64,000 bases of DNA from Candidatus Saccharimonadota bacterium (GTDB lineage: Bacteria; Patescibacteriota; Saccharimonadia; Saccharimonadales; DTSZ01). The DNA is taken from assembly GCA_012965045.1 (NCBI GenBank), contig DTSZ01000001.1, forward strand, positions 220,937 through 284,936, given 5' to 3'. A model generated the notes under the pieces. It worked only from the letters and a program-made list of their open reading frames with translations. It had not been told where the DNA came from and did no database searches. Of this stretch, positions 18,320 through 27,598 are shown in pieces. Positions within the stretch are counted from its first letter, which is position 1, and each line of letters starts with the position of its first letter. Position numbers and translations under genes: made by a program.

Positions 18320-19651
18320 CTATTTATTAGCTACCGGCAGTTCAACGGTAAATTCCGAACCAACATCTTCAAGGCTGTCGACGTATATTCTGCCTTTCAT
18401 TTTTTCTACATATTGCTTTGTTATCCAAAGACCAAGACCGGTGCCGCTGATATTTTGAGTTTTTTCATTACGAATACGGGCAAATCGTTGAAACAGCCTG
18501 TCTCGTTCTGCAGCTGACATGCCAATGCCAGTGTCTTTTATGTGGGTAGAAACCACATTCTTTTTGACGTCTTGACGTATGGTTACGCTGCCCTGACGGG
18601 AATATTTTATTGCGTTATCGATAAGGTTGGTAAACACTTCTTCGAGTCGGCTTGGGTCCGCCATGACTAGCGGGATATCGGTAGGTTGAAGTTCAAGCTG
18701 TATGTTTTTGGCCTCAGCCTTGGCGCTAAATTGGGTAACCAGCATCTGCAGAATTTTCGTAGAGTCAACTGCCTCTATTTCAAAATTAGTACGGTTTTGT
18801 TCAAGCCGCGCAACATTTAATAGGTCGTCGATTAAGTTATTTAAGCGGTCGATTTGACGTACAACTTCCGTAAGTGGAGCTTTGAGGCTTTTTTTAGCTT
18901 TTTTTGGCAACTCGTCCAGTGCCATGTCCATATTGCCTTTGATCGCAGTCAGTGGTGCACGTAATTCGTGAGTGGCAACTTGTATAAAATCGTTTTTCAT
19001 CTGATCAACTTCTTCGAGTTTTTTGAACAGACTGGCGTATTCGACAAACTTAAAGTGGTTAAGCAGTAGTAAGATTACTACGACTAAGGTTATGGAAAGC
19101 ACAATCAAAGATTTTTGAAAGGAAGCAGACACAAGCTTGTCGGACGCACTCAACGACACCTCTGAACTGACCACGCCGGTCACAACACCGTCGTCTTGAG
19201 CTATTGGCGTTATTACGCGCCACGCTCGATCGCCACTGTCCTGGTTAACTAGGGCGGCAATAGAGCGGTTTTGACTAGTAGCCAGTGATACCTGAATATT
19301 ATTTGATGTCTGCCCAATTTCAGCTTGGTCGGTGCTGGCGACGGTCGTGTATTGACCGGAATCGAAACGAATAATTTTTGCCGCTGATACTTCTTCGGTA
19401 TTTTGCATTACATTGTCTACGACTGACTGTAAGCGGTCAGGGGTATCAAGACTGTCCTTTACCGATGCACTTAGAACTTCGTTTGCTAAGTCGGCCTTGC
19501 GACGGAGTTCTATGTCAAAGTCGGCGCGGGCGTTTTGTACAGTTATAACAGTGTTAAAAACCAGCGCGGCTGGAATAACAAACAACAGAACGACCGAGTA
19601 GAGTAACTCTAATCGCTGGCGAGAGAATTCAAGTTTGTCCTTGAAGGCCAT
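18320..19651 (-). CDS. sensor histidine kinase (no cognate response regulator nearby)
   Basis: Two TM segments flank a periplasmic-type domain. H-box THELRAPLTAI. N/G boxes NLIDNAIKY, DTGIGM, GTGLGL. Confidence 0.9.
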   Translation of the reverse strand: MAFKDKLEFSRQRLELLYSVVLLFVIPAALVFNTVITVQNARADFDIELRRKADLANEVLSASVKDSLDTPDRLQSVVDNVMQNTEEVSAAKIIRFDSGQYTTVASTDQAEIGQTSNNIQVSLATSQNRSIAALVNQDSGDRAWRVITPIAQDDGVVTGVVSSEVSLSASDKLVSASFQKSLIVLSITLVVVILLLLNHFKFVEYASLFKKLEEVDQMKNDFIQVATHELRAPLTAIKGNMDMALDELPKKAKKSLKAPLTEVVRQIDRLNNLIDDLLNVARLEQNRTNFEIEAVDSTKILQMLVTQFSAKAEAKNIQLELQPTDIPLVMADPSRLEEVFTNLIDNAIKYSRQGSVTIRQDVKKNVVSTHIKDTGIGMSAAERDRLFQRFARIRNEKTQNISGTGLGLWITKQYVEKMKGRIYVDSLEDVGSEFTVELPVANK

Positions 19652-21149
19652 CTACGTTTTTTGGTTTATGTTTTTGATGAGCAATAATATAGCCAGTTAA
19701 GAATCCGAACGACAAGATAACCAGTAGCGTAGCTATAGCAATAAAGCTTATGTCACGGCTTGAAGATGCATCATCAACGACCAAATCGAGACTAGCGCCA
19801 ACAGGGTTTTGTTCGCTAGATTCGGCTGCGGCGATTTCGATGAAAAACGGAGCTGACTTACGTGCAATTCCAGCCTCATCTTCTACGGCGATATATACTT
19901 CGTGGTCTCCTGGCTCAAGGGGCTCTTCAAGCGTGTATGACCAATTACCATCACCGTCGGAAACCGTGGCGAGTACGAGTGGCTCGGAGAAAATATAAAT
20001 TAATACAGGCTTATTCGGTTCTGCGGTTCCAGAAAAGGTTAGGCCGTCAGTTATAGTGTCTTCGTCAATAACTTCTACAGAATCAACAGTAGTTACTGAT
20101 AAAGACTCTAGTTCGTCAAGAGATTCTATTTGCTCTGGTGCAACTGGGGCTAAGTTTGCTGGAACCACAAACTTCCGTTGTGAAAAACAGCCTAGGTTAC
20201 GAGACAATTCGGCAAACGCCAGCCGCTGGTTTTTTTCGGTAAGGCTTTTGTAGCGTTCGCTTTGTAGGGTTTCTAGTAGACATGTTTCTAGCACGTCGTC
20301 GCCACGTGCGGTCACTGGCTGTGTTGCGTCTGTAGTCTCAGAGGTAGTGCCGTCGGTCTGGGTAGACGAGGTGTTGGTGCTGTCACTGTTTAGGCTAGTG
20401 TCTTTTGAGGCGGCAGTACTGGGATAGTCATTGCTACTACTATTATTGGCAAAAACTGTTACCGGAATTGTGATTTTGCGTTGTTGCCCTGAATATTCAA
20501 CCGTGGCGGTAATGGTGCCTCCTCCGCTGCGGCTGCCAGAGAAAAAGCGCAGTGCGCTGCCTTCTTGTTTGAGTGAACCGATAGTTGTCGTGTAATTGTA
20601 GGCAGCTTGATCTGTTACATTATTTTTTGCTCCACCCTGTTGAGTTTGCGCGCTAAATTTAAATAAATAACTGACATTTGTTGGACCGACCCACTGGGAT
20701 CGGTTAACTGATGCATTTAATGTGACTTGTGGCTGCTGCGCTGGTTGAGACTGGTTGTTGACTGCGACAGTTATTTCTTGGCCTGTGCAAATTGCGTCGT
20801 TTTGGTATTTGGCAACAGCACGGACTGTTTTTTCACCGTTATCAACAAGCGTTGTGTCCCAATTCATTTCCCATAATGCTCCTTGCTGCTGACTAGCCGT
20901 ACCAAGCACCGCCCCGTTCGATACAAACCGTACGTATTCGACACTACTGCTACCTGAAGGAAGATAGGCTTTAAGTATATGGACACCTTGAATTGTTTGC
21001 CCGGTTTCTGGTGCAGCAATAAACGGCCCATTAGGGCAGTTTTGTGTAGTTGTGTTGGCGTCGCCTTCATTTGCTAATACATAACTTGGTATCAGAAATA
21101 GACTACATATCAGCAGCGCCCAGTTAATTGCTTTTAAATACCTAACCAT
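19629..21149 (-). CDS. secreted, C-terminally membrane-anchored surface protein
   Basis: N-terminal signal peptide (ALLICSLFLIPSYVLA), Ser/Thr-rich linker, C-terminal TM plus basic tail (IAIATLLVILSFGFLTGYIIAHQKHKPK). The stop overlaps the HK start by 23 nt. Confidence 0.6.
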   Translation of the reverse strand: MVRYLKAINWALLICSLFLIPSYVLANEGDANTTTQNCPNGPFIAAPETGQTIQGVHILKAYLPSGSSSVEYVRFVSNGAVLGTASQQQGALWEMNWDTTLVDNGEKTVRAVAKYQNDAICTGQEITVAVNNQSQPAQQPQVTLNASVNRSQWVGPTNVSYLFKFSAQTQQGGAKNNVTDQAAYNYTTTIGSLKQEGSALRFFSGSRSGGGTITATVEYSGQQRKITIPVTVFANNSSSNDYPSTAASKDTSLNSDSTNTSSTQTDGTTSETTDATQPVTARGDDVLETCLLETLQSERYKSLTEKNQRLAFAELSRNLGCFSQRKFVVPANLAPVAPEQIESLDELESLSVTTVDSVEVIDEDTITDGLTFSGTAEPNKPVLIYIFSEPLVLATVSDGDGNWSYTLEEPLEPGDHEVYIAVEDEAGIARKSAPFFIEIAAAESSEQNPVGASLDLVVDDASSSRDISFIAIATLLVILSFGFLTGYIIAHQKHKPKNVDGLQGQT

Positions 21150-21193
21150 AAGAGTTATATGTATCCTAGCAGCCAGGATGCCGTTTGTATAGA

Positions 21194-21568
21194 TTAGCTG
21201 TTGGGTTTTTCTTGTAGTTTGTAGATTTGCTCGTCTGATAAGCCAAAATGGTGACCGACTTCATGCCAAACTGTTTCGATTACTTTTTGCCTCACGTCTT
21301 CTTCGGTCGCCGATATTCGTAAAATTGGATTTTTAAAAATAGTTATTTTGTCTGGCAGTTGATATGGACTGTTTCGGCGCTTGGTTTTTGGCACTCCTTC
21401 GTATAAGCCAAACAGCAAGCTCCACGGCCGTAGCTTTAGTTTGTGAATTTGAGCAGGGGTTGGCTCGTCTTGTGCAACCACTGCGACGTTTTCCATAGCG
21501 TCGCCAAACTGGGCGGGAATAGCATCGATTCCCTCTGCGATAAATTTCTCAAATAGTTCGTCGTCCAT
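21194..21568 (-). CDS. zincin-like minimal metallopeptidase-family protein
   Basis: 124 aa with a C-terminal HEVGHHFG (HExxH) motif. Confidence 0.7.
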   Translation of the reverse strand: MDDELFEKFIAEGIDAIPAQFGDAMENVAVVAQDEPTPAQIHKLKLRPWSLLFGLYEGVPKTKRRNSPYQLPDKITIFKNPILRISATEEDVRQKVIETVWHEVGHHFGLSDEQIYKLQEKPNS

Positions 21569-21629
21569 GAACCTAACTATAAAGCAAATGCTTAAACTTT
21601 AAAACAGCAATATAGTGTAGACTAAATGA

Positions 21630-22655
21630 GTGAAAAACATGAGCGTGAAACTGAAGCAAACCCACATTAAAAATTACGCACCACCACTGCTAATCGTGGT
21701 GGCAACCTACACACTTCTGACAATAATTGATGCTGTGCAATCCAGCAGCTACCTGCCTAATACACTCCAAGATTTTGTGACGTTGTCGTTAAGTATTTTT
21801 GTTGAGGCTTTTCCGTTCTTAGTACTGGGATCAATATTGGCGGCTGTCGTAAATACTTATGTGCCTGCTCATGCCTTTGAAAAAATTCTTCCTAAACAAG
21901 GTGTGTTGCGTCGAGGAATAATTTCGTTGCTCGGATTTTTGTTTCCAGTTTGTGAATGCGGCAATGTGCCATTGTCTCGAGCACTCATGCAACAAGGGCT
22001 TAAGCCGTCTGAATCAATCACCTTTTTACTCGCGGCACCGGTAATTAACCCAGTAACAATATGGTCTACGGTCGTGGCCTTTGGATTTGATCAAACTATT
22101 ATTGCCGCTCGAATAATCGCTACCTTACTAATTGCGAATATTATTGGATATATTTTGTCGACAAAAAAGAACGAGAATGATTTTTTAACTGATGACTTTG
22201 CAGCAACCTGCACCACCATAACGGCTGCGGATACCAAAAAGTCTTCGCGAAAGGAACAGTTTACTCAGTTTGGCAGTAATTTTACACATGAGGCGTTTAG
22301 TATGGCTCGTATGCTCGCCTTTGGCGCCCTTATTGCCGGAACCGTGCAAACGTTTGTACCGCGTGATTTATTGGTGGGTATTGGTAGCAATGTTGTGCTG
22401 TCTATTGTTGCTATGTTGATTCTTGCGTTTGTAATTTCGATTTGCGCCAATGTGGACGCTTTTTTTGCTCTGTCGTTTGCCAACACCTTCACGGCTGGTT
22501 CAATTGTGAGTTTTTTGGTGTTTGGGCCGATGATAGACATAAAAATGCTTGCGCTGTTAAAAACTACATTTAAGACAAATCTTCTGATTGTTATTTCTGT
22601 ATTATCATTGTTATTAAGCTTTATAGCAGGCCTGGTGGTAGCGTATGGATTTTAA
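21630..22655 (+). CDS. permease (UPF0718/DUF318-like)
   Basis: Polytopic membrane protein with a CECGNVP motif in a loop. Followed by an overlapping TIGR03943-like partner gene. Confidence 0.7.
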   Translation: MKNMSVKLKQTHIKNYAPPLLIVVATYTLLTIIDAVQSSSYLPNTLQDFVTLSLSIFVEAFPFLVLGSILAAVVNTYVPAHAFEKILPKQGVLRRGIISLLGFLFPVCECGNVPLSRALMQQGLKPSESITFLLAAPVINPVTIWSTVVAFGFDQTIIAARIIATLLIANIIGYILSTKKNENDFLTDDFAATCTTITAADTKKSSRKEQFTQFGSNFTHEAFSMARMLAFGALIAGTVQTFVPRDLLVGIGSNVVLSIVAMLILAFVISICANVDAFFALSFANTFTAGSIVSFLVFGPMIDIKMLALLKTTFKTNLLIVISVLSLLLSFIAGLVVAYGF

Positions 22656-23352
22656 ACGTTTAGACATCCAAAGCACCCTACTCTATGTAGCGACAGCATA
22701 TGTGCTGTATCTTGGGTTTAATGACCAGCTGCGGTTATATATTCACCCTCGGTATATAGGTTTTACAGTGGCCCTGTCGTTAGCTGCGCTTGTTGTATTG
22801 CTGTCAAACGCTGCTCGTTCGCATGCCCATGCTCATTCTGGTTTCGACAAAGCAACTATATTTTTAGTCATCATTTTAGGATCAGCCGTTATTTTTCCAT
22901 CGCAGTCCCTTACGTCTGCAACAGTTAGCCAGCGCTCTGTTGGAAGCGGCAGCGCTGTTACTACGCCAACTGACGCCCCGTTACAAAGTTTATTTGCCGG
23001 GTCGTCTAAAGGCTTGAAAATCAACGACTGGTCACGGCTATTAAGCTCAACGCAAGATCCTGCGTACTATGTGAACAAACCTGCCTCTATCAGCGGTTTT
23101 GTCTATGATGCCAATATCGACAGCGATACTGTTTGGCTGGCACGTTTCGTGCTGACATGCTGCGCTGTTGACGCCCAGCCGGTTGGCGTCCCGGTTCGAA
23201 TTGAAAACTGGCAAAATAATTATTCTGAAGATCAATGGCTTGAAGTTGAAGGCCAATTTGAACATATCCAAACCACGGATGGTCTGCAAATGGTGCTCGT
23301 CCCAGAATCAGTTCAGCAGATAGAAGAACCGTCGGATCCGTATGCAAACTAG
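22645..23352 (+). CDS. TIGR03943/DUF1980-like two-TM protein
   Basis: Two N-terminal TM helices. C-terminal domain with LTCCAVDA motif. Overlaps the permease gene by 11 nt. Confidence 0.65.
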   Translation: MDFKRLDIQSTLLYVATAYVLYLGFNDQLRLYIHPRYIGFTVALSLAALVVLLSNAARSHAHAHSGFDKATIFLVIILGSAVIFPSQSLTSATVSQRSVGSGSAVTTPTDAPLQSLFAGSSKGLKINDWSRLLSSTQDPAYYVNKPASISGFVYDANIDSDTVWLARFVLTCCAVDAQPVGVPVRIENWQNNYSEDQWLEVEGQFEHIQTTDGLQMVLVPESVQQIEEPSDPYAN

Positions 23353-24748
23353 GACTAGGTTTAAAACTACTTTTGCCGCTACGGTCATTATGAGTTTGCT
23401 CATAATTGCAGTATTGGCAACGCTGTTGTTTGTTAAGGGGCCACGAGTGCGGTTCGTTCAGTTTGAGACTGATCCAGCGGCACACTCTTTGCTTCTTGGA
23501 TCAACAATTACCGTCCATTTCGATCGCCCGTTGCAAGATAACGACTACCTCGATCAAATCACGTTTTCGCCCGATCTTGAATTTACAGCCACTACAAGTG
23601 GTCAAAAGATAAACATTACCCTACAGCAAAACCCGCAAGCAGCCACTACTTACTCACTTAAAATTGGCGATCAGATTTTTGATACAACCGATCGAACCAT
23701 GAAGTCTGTCGAAACCTATGAATTTACGACCAGCCAACCCCGCTACATGTACTTAGAGCGAAACTACGGCTTTGACTTTTCGGATGATACTGACAACTTT
23801 ACCGACAAACCCGATGTTATAAAATTGGCCCAACCTGGTCTTGAGACACAGAATGTATTTGAGGCCGAACAAATCTCGATGTTTGACGCTAATAGTGACT
23901 ATGCTGTCGTAGCGATGGTTGGTGAGGAATTTGATAATTTAGTTACTATAAATTTACAGACCGGTGAAAAACGTGTCGAAGATACGCGGTTTAGCGGCCG
24001 AGTAGACAACCTCGCCATAGGTCCACGCAGTAATCATGCATTGTTTACCGTTACGCCTGACTCTGATCGTGTTAGTTCTGCATACTATGCCGCAACCGCT
24101 CATACGTTATTTTCGATAGATCTTGAAGACGGCACGGTAACACCACTGTCGCAGCAAGATGGCCGAGCAATCCAAGCCTATAGCGTTCATATGGGTATGT
24201 TTGGCCAGGTTGCACTGGTTCAGACCATCGAGCAGTCTTTTTATGCGGTGAGTGTATATGGCGAATACGACCCGGTTGTAATTGGGTCGTATGCAAATAG
24301 CTTTGGATTTAGCGATAAAGACAGTGCAATTTTATTTAACACACCAACTAACGAACTGGTAGTCTACGACGTCGCTAGTAGTGATCTCGAGCCAATACAG
24401 TCAAATTTCAGTGGTTATTTTTCTGACATTGTGAGCGGTTTGAACGCTCGCTATGTTTCGTCGTCTACCTATGCTGATGGTATTTCTCGTTATTTTATTG
24501 ATAGGATTGAGGACGATGGAGCTGTTAATTTGTTGTGGTCAAATCAATCACAAGAAAAATTACTTCGGGGGTTTTCAGTTAGTTACGACGAAAGCATCCT
24601 CGCTTTGCATGTCAACCCTGGCGGCTGTCAGTTCGATAAAGTCCTTCCCAACCCAGAGTGTCAATTAGCAAAAACCCAGTTATATGATATTGATCAGAGT
24701 AAAATAATTGATGAATTTACAGGCTTTGATTTGGTGTGGTTGCCGTAA
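23342..24748 (+). CDS. hypothetical membrane-anchored extracytoplasmic protein
   Basis: N-terminal TM (VIMSLLIIAVLATLLF). Ig-like opening (TITVHFDRPL...ITFSPDL), then beta-rich sequence. No catalytic motif. Confidence 0.55.
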   Translation: MQTRTRFKTTFAATVIMSLLIIAVLATLLFVKGPRVRFVQFETDPAAHSLLLGSTITVHFDRPLQDNDYLDQITFSPDLEFTATTSGQKINITLQQNPQAATTYSLKIGDQIFDTTDRTMKSVETYEFTTSQPRYMYLERNYGFDFSDDTDNFTDKPDVIKLAQPGLETQNVFEAEQISMFDANSDYAVVAMVGEEFDNLVTINLQTGEKRVEDTRFSGRVDNLAIGPRSNHALFTVTPDSDRVSSAYYAATAHTLFSIDLEDGTVTPLSQQDGRAIQAYSVHMGMFGQVALVQTIEQSFYAVSVYGEYDPVVIGSYANSFGFSDKDSAILFNTPTNELVVYDVASSDLEPIQSNFSGYFSDIVSGLNARYVSSSTYADGISRYFIDRIEDDGAVNLLWSNQSQEKLLRGFSVSYDESILALHVNPGGCQFDKVLPNPECQLAKTQLYDIDQSKIIDEFTGFDLVWLP

Positions 24749-24840
24749 GGGCGTACTTAAGATTGCAGTAGAAGCTATTATTGCAACAAATTTGCATTAG
24801 GTTTATTTGCCGCTCTAGTATTACATCATAAGCAAGAAAG

Positions 24841-25740
24841 GTGGTAGCAATGTCCTCATTAGTTCAAGTCGTATTCTTTTCGTTAATCGGTGGTGTTTTT
24901 TCGTTGATCGGTGGTTTTTTACTCCTTGCCAACAAGAAACGCGCCAATACCCTTGCAATGTATGCCACACCGTTCGCGGCTGGTGCCTTGTTGTCAGCAG
25001 CCTTTGTAGACCTACTATCTGAAGCATCACACAGCGGCAATATTGAAGTAGCTCTGCAATTTGCACTGGTTGGAATGTTGCTATTTTTTGTTTTAGAGCG
25101 GTTTTTGCGTTGGTTTCACCACCACCATGAAGGCGATGAACATGACACCGACCCAGATGTACCTCTGATTATTATTGGTGATACGCTTCACAATTTTATT
25201 GATGGTATAGCGATCGCGGCTGGTTTTTTGGTCGATCCATCAACTGGAATTGTCGTAACCATGGCTGTAGCGGCACATGAAATTCCTCAAGAAATTGGCG
25301 ACTTTGGTTTACTTATATCAAAAGGGTTAAGTCGTACAAAGGTTTTGCTTGTGAATATCTTCAGTGCACTGGCTACAACCGTCGCTGCAATAATTTTCTT
25401 TCAGCTTGGACAAGGCGTTGATATTCGGCTCGACATTGTACTTGGTCTTGTAGCGGGATTCTTTATCTATATTGCTGCCAGTGACATATTCCCAACTATT
25501 CAACACCAAAAGCTTAATAAACTTGCAACCACTCAAGCACTTATTGTTATTCTTGGAGCCCTGACTGTGTCGATGGTTACGACTGTCCTGCATCAGTATA
25601 TCGACCAAGGCCAGAATCATGATCACACAAGTGAAGATCATGATCACGCCGACCACGACGAATTAAACGATGACCACTCTGACGAACATCATGATGATGA
25701 CGAGCACAGCGACGAACAGCATTCTGACCACGAGATCTAA
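24841..25740 (+). CDS. ZIP-family metal (zinc) transporter with a His/Asp-rich tail
   Basis: HNFIDGIAIAAGF and HEIPQEIGDFG ZIP motifs. HHHHEGDEH loop. C-terminal HDHTSEDHDHADHDE...HHDDDEHSDEQHSDHE. Confidence 0.85.
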   Translation: MVAMSSLVQVVFFSLIGGVFSLIGGFLLLANKKRANTLAMYATPFAAGALLSAAFVDLLSEASHSGNIEVALQFALVGMLLFFVLERFLRWFHHHHEGDEHDTDPDVPLIIIGDTLHNFIDGIAIAAGFLVDPSTGIVVTMAVAAHEIPQEIGDFGLLISKGLSRTKVLLVNIFSALATTVAAIIFFQLGQGVDIRLDIVLGLVAGFFIYIAASDIFPTIQHQKLNKLATTQALIVILGALTVSMVTTVLHQYIDQGQNHDHTSEDHDHADHDELNDDHSDEHHDDDEHSDEQHSDHEI

Positions 25741-25756
25741 AATATATTTCCGGAGA

Positions 25757-27217
25757 CTATTCGGTGACGATGTATTCAACTTGATTTGAGTAGTCTGTGC
25801 AGCCGCCATCTACGTCAGACGCAGTATATTTACAGACTTTTACATAGTAGCTGCCGGCTGGTTTGTCGGGTAGCGTATAGCTGGTTGTGCCAGCGCCAAG
25901 ATACTGAATACTGTTCGCTGGGTAGCTTGGGTTACCCGATGTATTAAGAACGACCTTGAAGCCATGAGGCGCTGTTCCAGTAAATGTCCAGTTTAGTGTA
26001 GCGTCAGTAATAGAAAGACTTACCGTGCCGTTTTTTACTGCTTCGACTGGGTTGTCTGGTGCTTGGACTTGAATGGTGTTGCTGTAGGTGTCGCATGACC
26101 CAGAGGCTGCTCTATAGATACAAACTCTAAAATAGTAGGTTTTGCCGTCTTTAACATTAATTACAGAACTTCGGGACGACCCTCCGCTAACATATACGGA
26201 AGTATTTTCTTTGTAGGTAGGTGTGCTGTCTGAATGTGCTCGTACTACCTTAAAGCCGTCAGTGGACTGCGTGTTTGATAAGACCCAATTTAGTTTTACG
26301 CCATCGTCGGTTGCAGTGCCGCTTAGACTAATGCTGGCTGGTGCAGCTGGCGTTGAAGATGACGATGAGTCGTTTGTTGGTTCTGTTTCAGGCTCCTCTT
26401 TTGTAACTTCTTTTTCGAGCACACCAAGGGCTGACTTAAAGTCTTCATTTTCACTATCTTTCTGTTTATTCCACTGGACAAACTCATCTTCGCCGAGCTT
26501 GGCTAAGTCAATTGCATTAGCCTGTTTGCTTTGAGTGTCGTAGGTATTGCCCTCTTCGACTTCGGTGTCCTGCGAGTCAACTTTAACGGTGCTTTCGTAA
26601 ACCTCTACGGTGTCTTTAGTTTCATCGGTCGCAGTTTTGTAGGCTGTTCCAAGCGCTTCGAATCGTTCCCTGTCGGTAGCGACTGCATATGTTCTGTTTT
26701 GGCTTTTTACAACTCGAGAATACACCTGTCCATCTTCGAGCAGTACATTTGTCTGGTCGCTGTCGATTGTTTCGAGTTGAACAGTAGTATTGGCATCAAG
26801 TCGGAGCGCACTCCCATCGTCAAATAGAACAACTGCTCTTGATTCGTTTAGTGTACGAACGAAATAGCTTTCTGGAACTGTTTCGCCGCCCGCTGCGTCT
26901 TTCCAGGCTTCGGCGTCGGCGCTATATTGCACGGTGCCCTCAACCAGTCCTAGTGCAGAGGCGAGTTGTTGCGGTGCGTCGTCAGTTGTTTCGGACTGAG
27001 CCTGCTGTGGCGTGGTGCTGGACTGAGTGCTTAGCGTGTATATTCCGCCCACAACAACTAGAACAATACTTGCTACCCCACCAATAATCATTTTTTTGTT
27101 ATAGTTGCGTTTTCGTTTAAGGTTTACTTTGAATTTTTTTGATGTCACATCAGTTGGTTTGTTTTTTTCGTCCATGGTTACATGCCTTTTTATTATCGTT
27201 ACTGGCAATTTTAACAT
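25757..27217 (-). CDS. membrane-anchored surface protein with a FecR-like region and two FN3-like Cys-pair repeats
   Basis: N-terminal TM (IIGGVASIVLVVVGGIY). FecR-like stretch VRTLNESRAVVLFDDGSALRLDANT. Two C-terminal modules, each ending Y..VC.Y.....C..YSN. Start uncertain (27217 or 27175). Confidence 0.6.
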   Translation of the reverse strand: MLKLPVTIIKRHVTMDEKNKPTDVTSKKFKVNLKRKRNYNKKMIIGGVASIVLVVVGGIYTLSTQSSTTPQQAQSETTDDAPQQLASALGLVEGTVQYSADAEAWKDAAGGETVPESYFVRTLNESRAVVLFDDGSALRLDANTTVQLETIDSDQTNVLLEDGQVYSRVVKSQNRTYAVATDRERFEALGTAYKTATDETKDTVEVYESTVKVDSQDTEVEEGNTYDTQSKQANAIDLAKLGEDEFVQWNKQKDSENEDFKSALGVLEKEVTKEEPETEPTNDSSSSSTPAAPASISLSGTATDDGVKLNWVLSNTQSTDGFKVVRAHSDSTPTYKENTSVYVSGGSSRSSVINVKDGKTYYFRVCIYRAASGSCDTYSNTIQVQAPDNPVEAVKNGTVSLSITDATLNWTFTGTAPHGFKVVLNTSGNPSYPANSIQYLGAGTTSYTLPDKPAGSYYVKVCKYTASDVDGGCTDYSNQVEYIVTE

Positions 27218-27264
27218 AAGCTATACATATAACTTTTTTAGCTAAGCATGAAAGGACGACGCGC

Positions 27265-27561
27265 ATGTCGCAATCTTCAAAAAAACAATGGTTTAAACGT
27301 AAACGCTACGGCTATGGCTGGGTGCCGGTAACGATTGAAGGTTGGTTGACTGTATTGGCTGCGGTTGTGTTTATAGTTGTTTGTTCTGTCGTTATCTTAA
27401 AAGATGTACCTGAGAACACCTTTACCGCAGAAGTGGCTGCCTTTCTGGGAATAGTAGCGTTGACGGTTGCAGTACTTTTTTATGTAGCTAAACAACATGG
27501 GCCTCAACCAAAATGGCGTTGGGGTACAAAGCAAACAGACAACCCTGATGAAGACTACTAG
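27265..27561 (+). CDS. hypothetical membrane protein
   Basis: 98 aa, two hydrophobic helices. Confidence 0.5.
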   Translation: MSQSSKKQWFKRKRYGYGWVPVTIEGWLTVLAAVVFIVVCSVVILKDVPENTFTAEVAAFLGIVALTVAVLFYVAKQHGPQPKWRWGTKQTDNPDEDY

Positions 27562-27598
27562 ATTGACGAGTGCGGCCTGAAAGTGAAATACTAAGCTT

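Noticed and set aside
25615-25737. The GAT/CAT/GAC-rich stretch, considered as a DNA repeat element.
   Set aside because: It is in frame and encodes the His/Asp/Glu-rich cytoplasmic tail of the ZIP transporter. This is coding low complexity, not a mobile or structural repeat.
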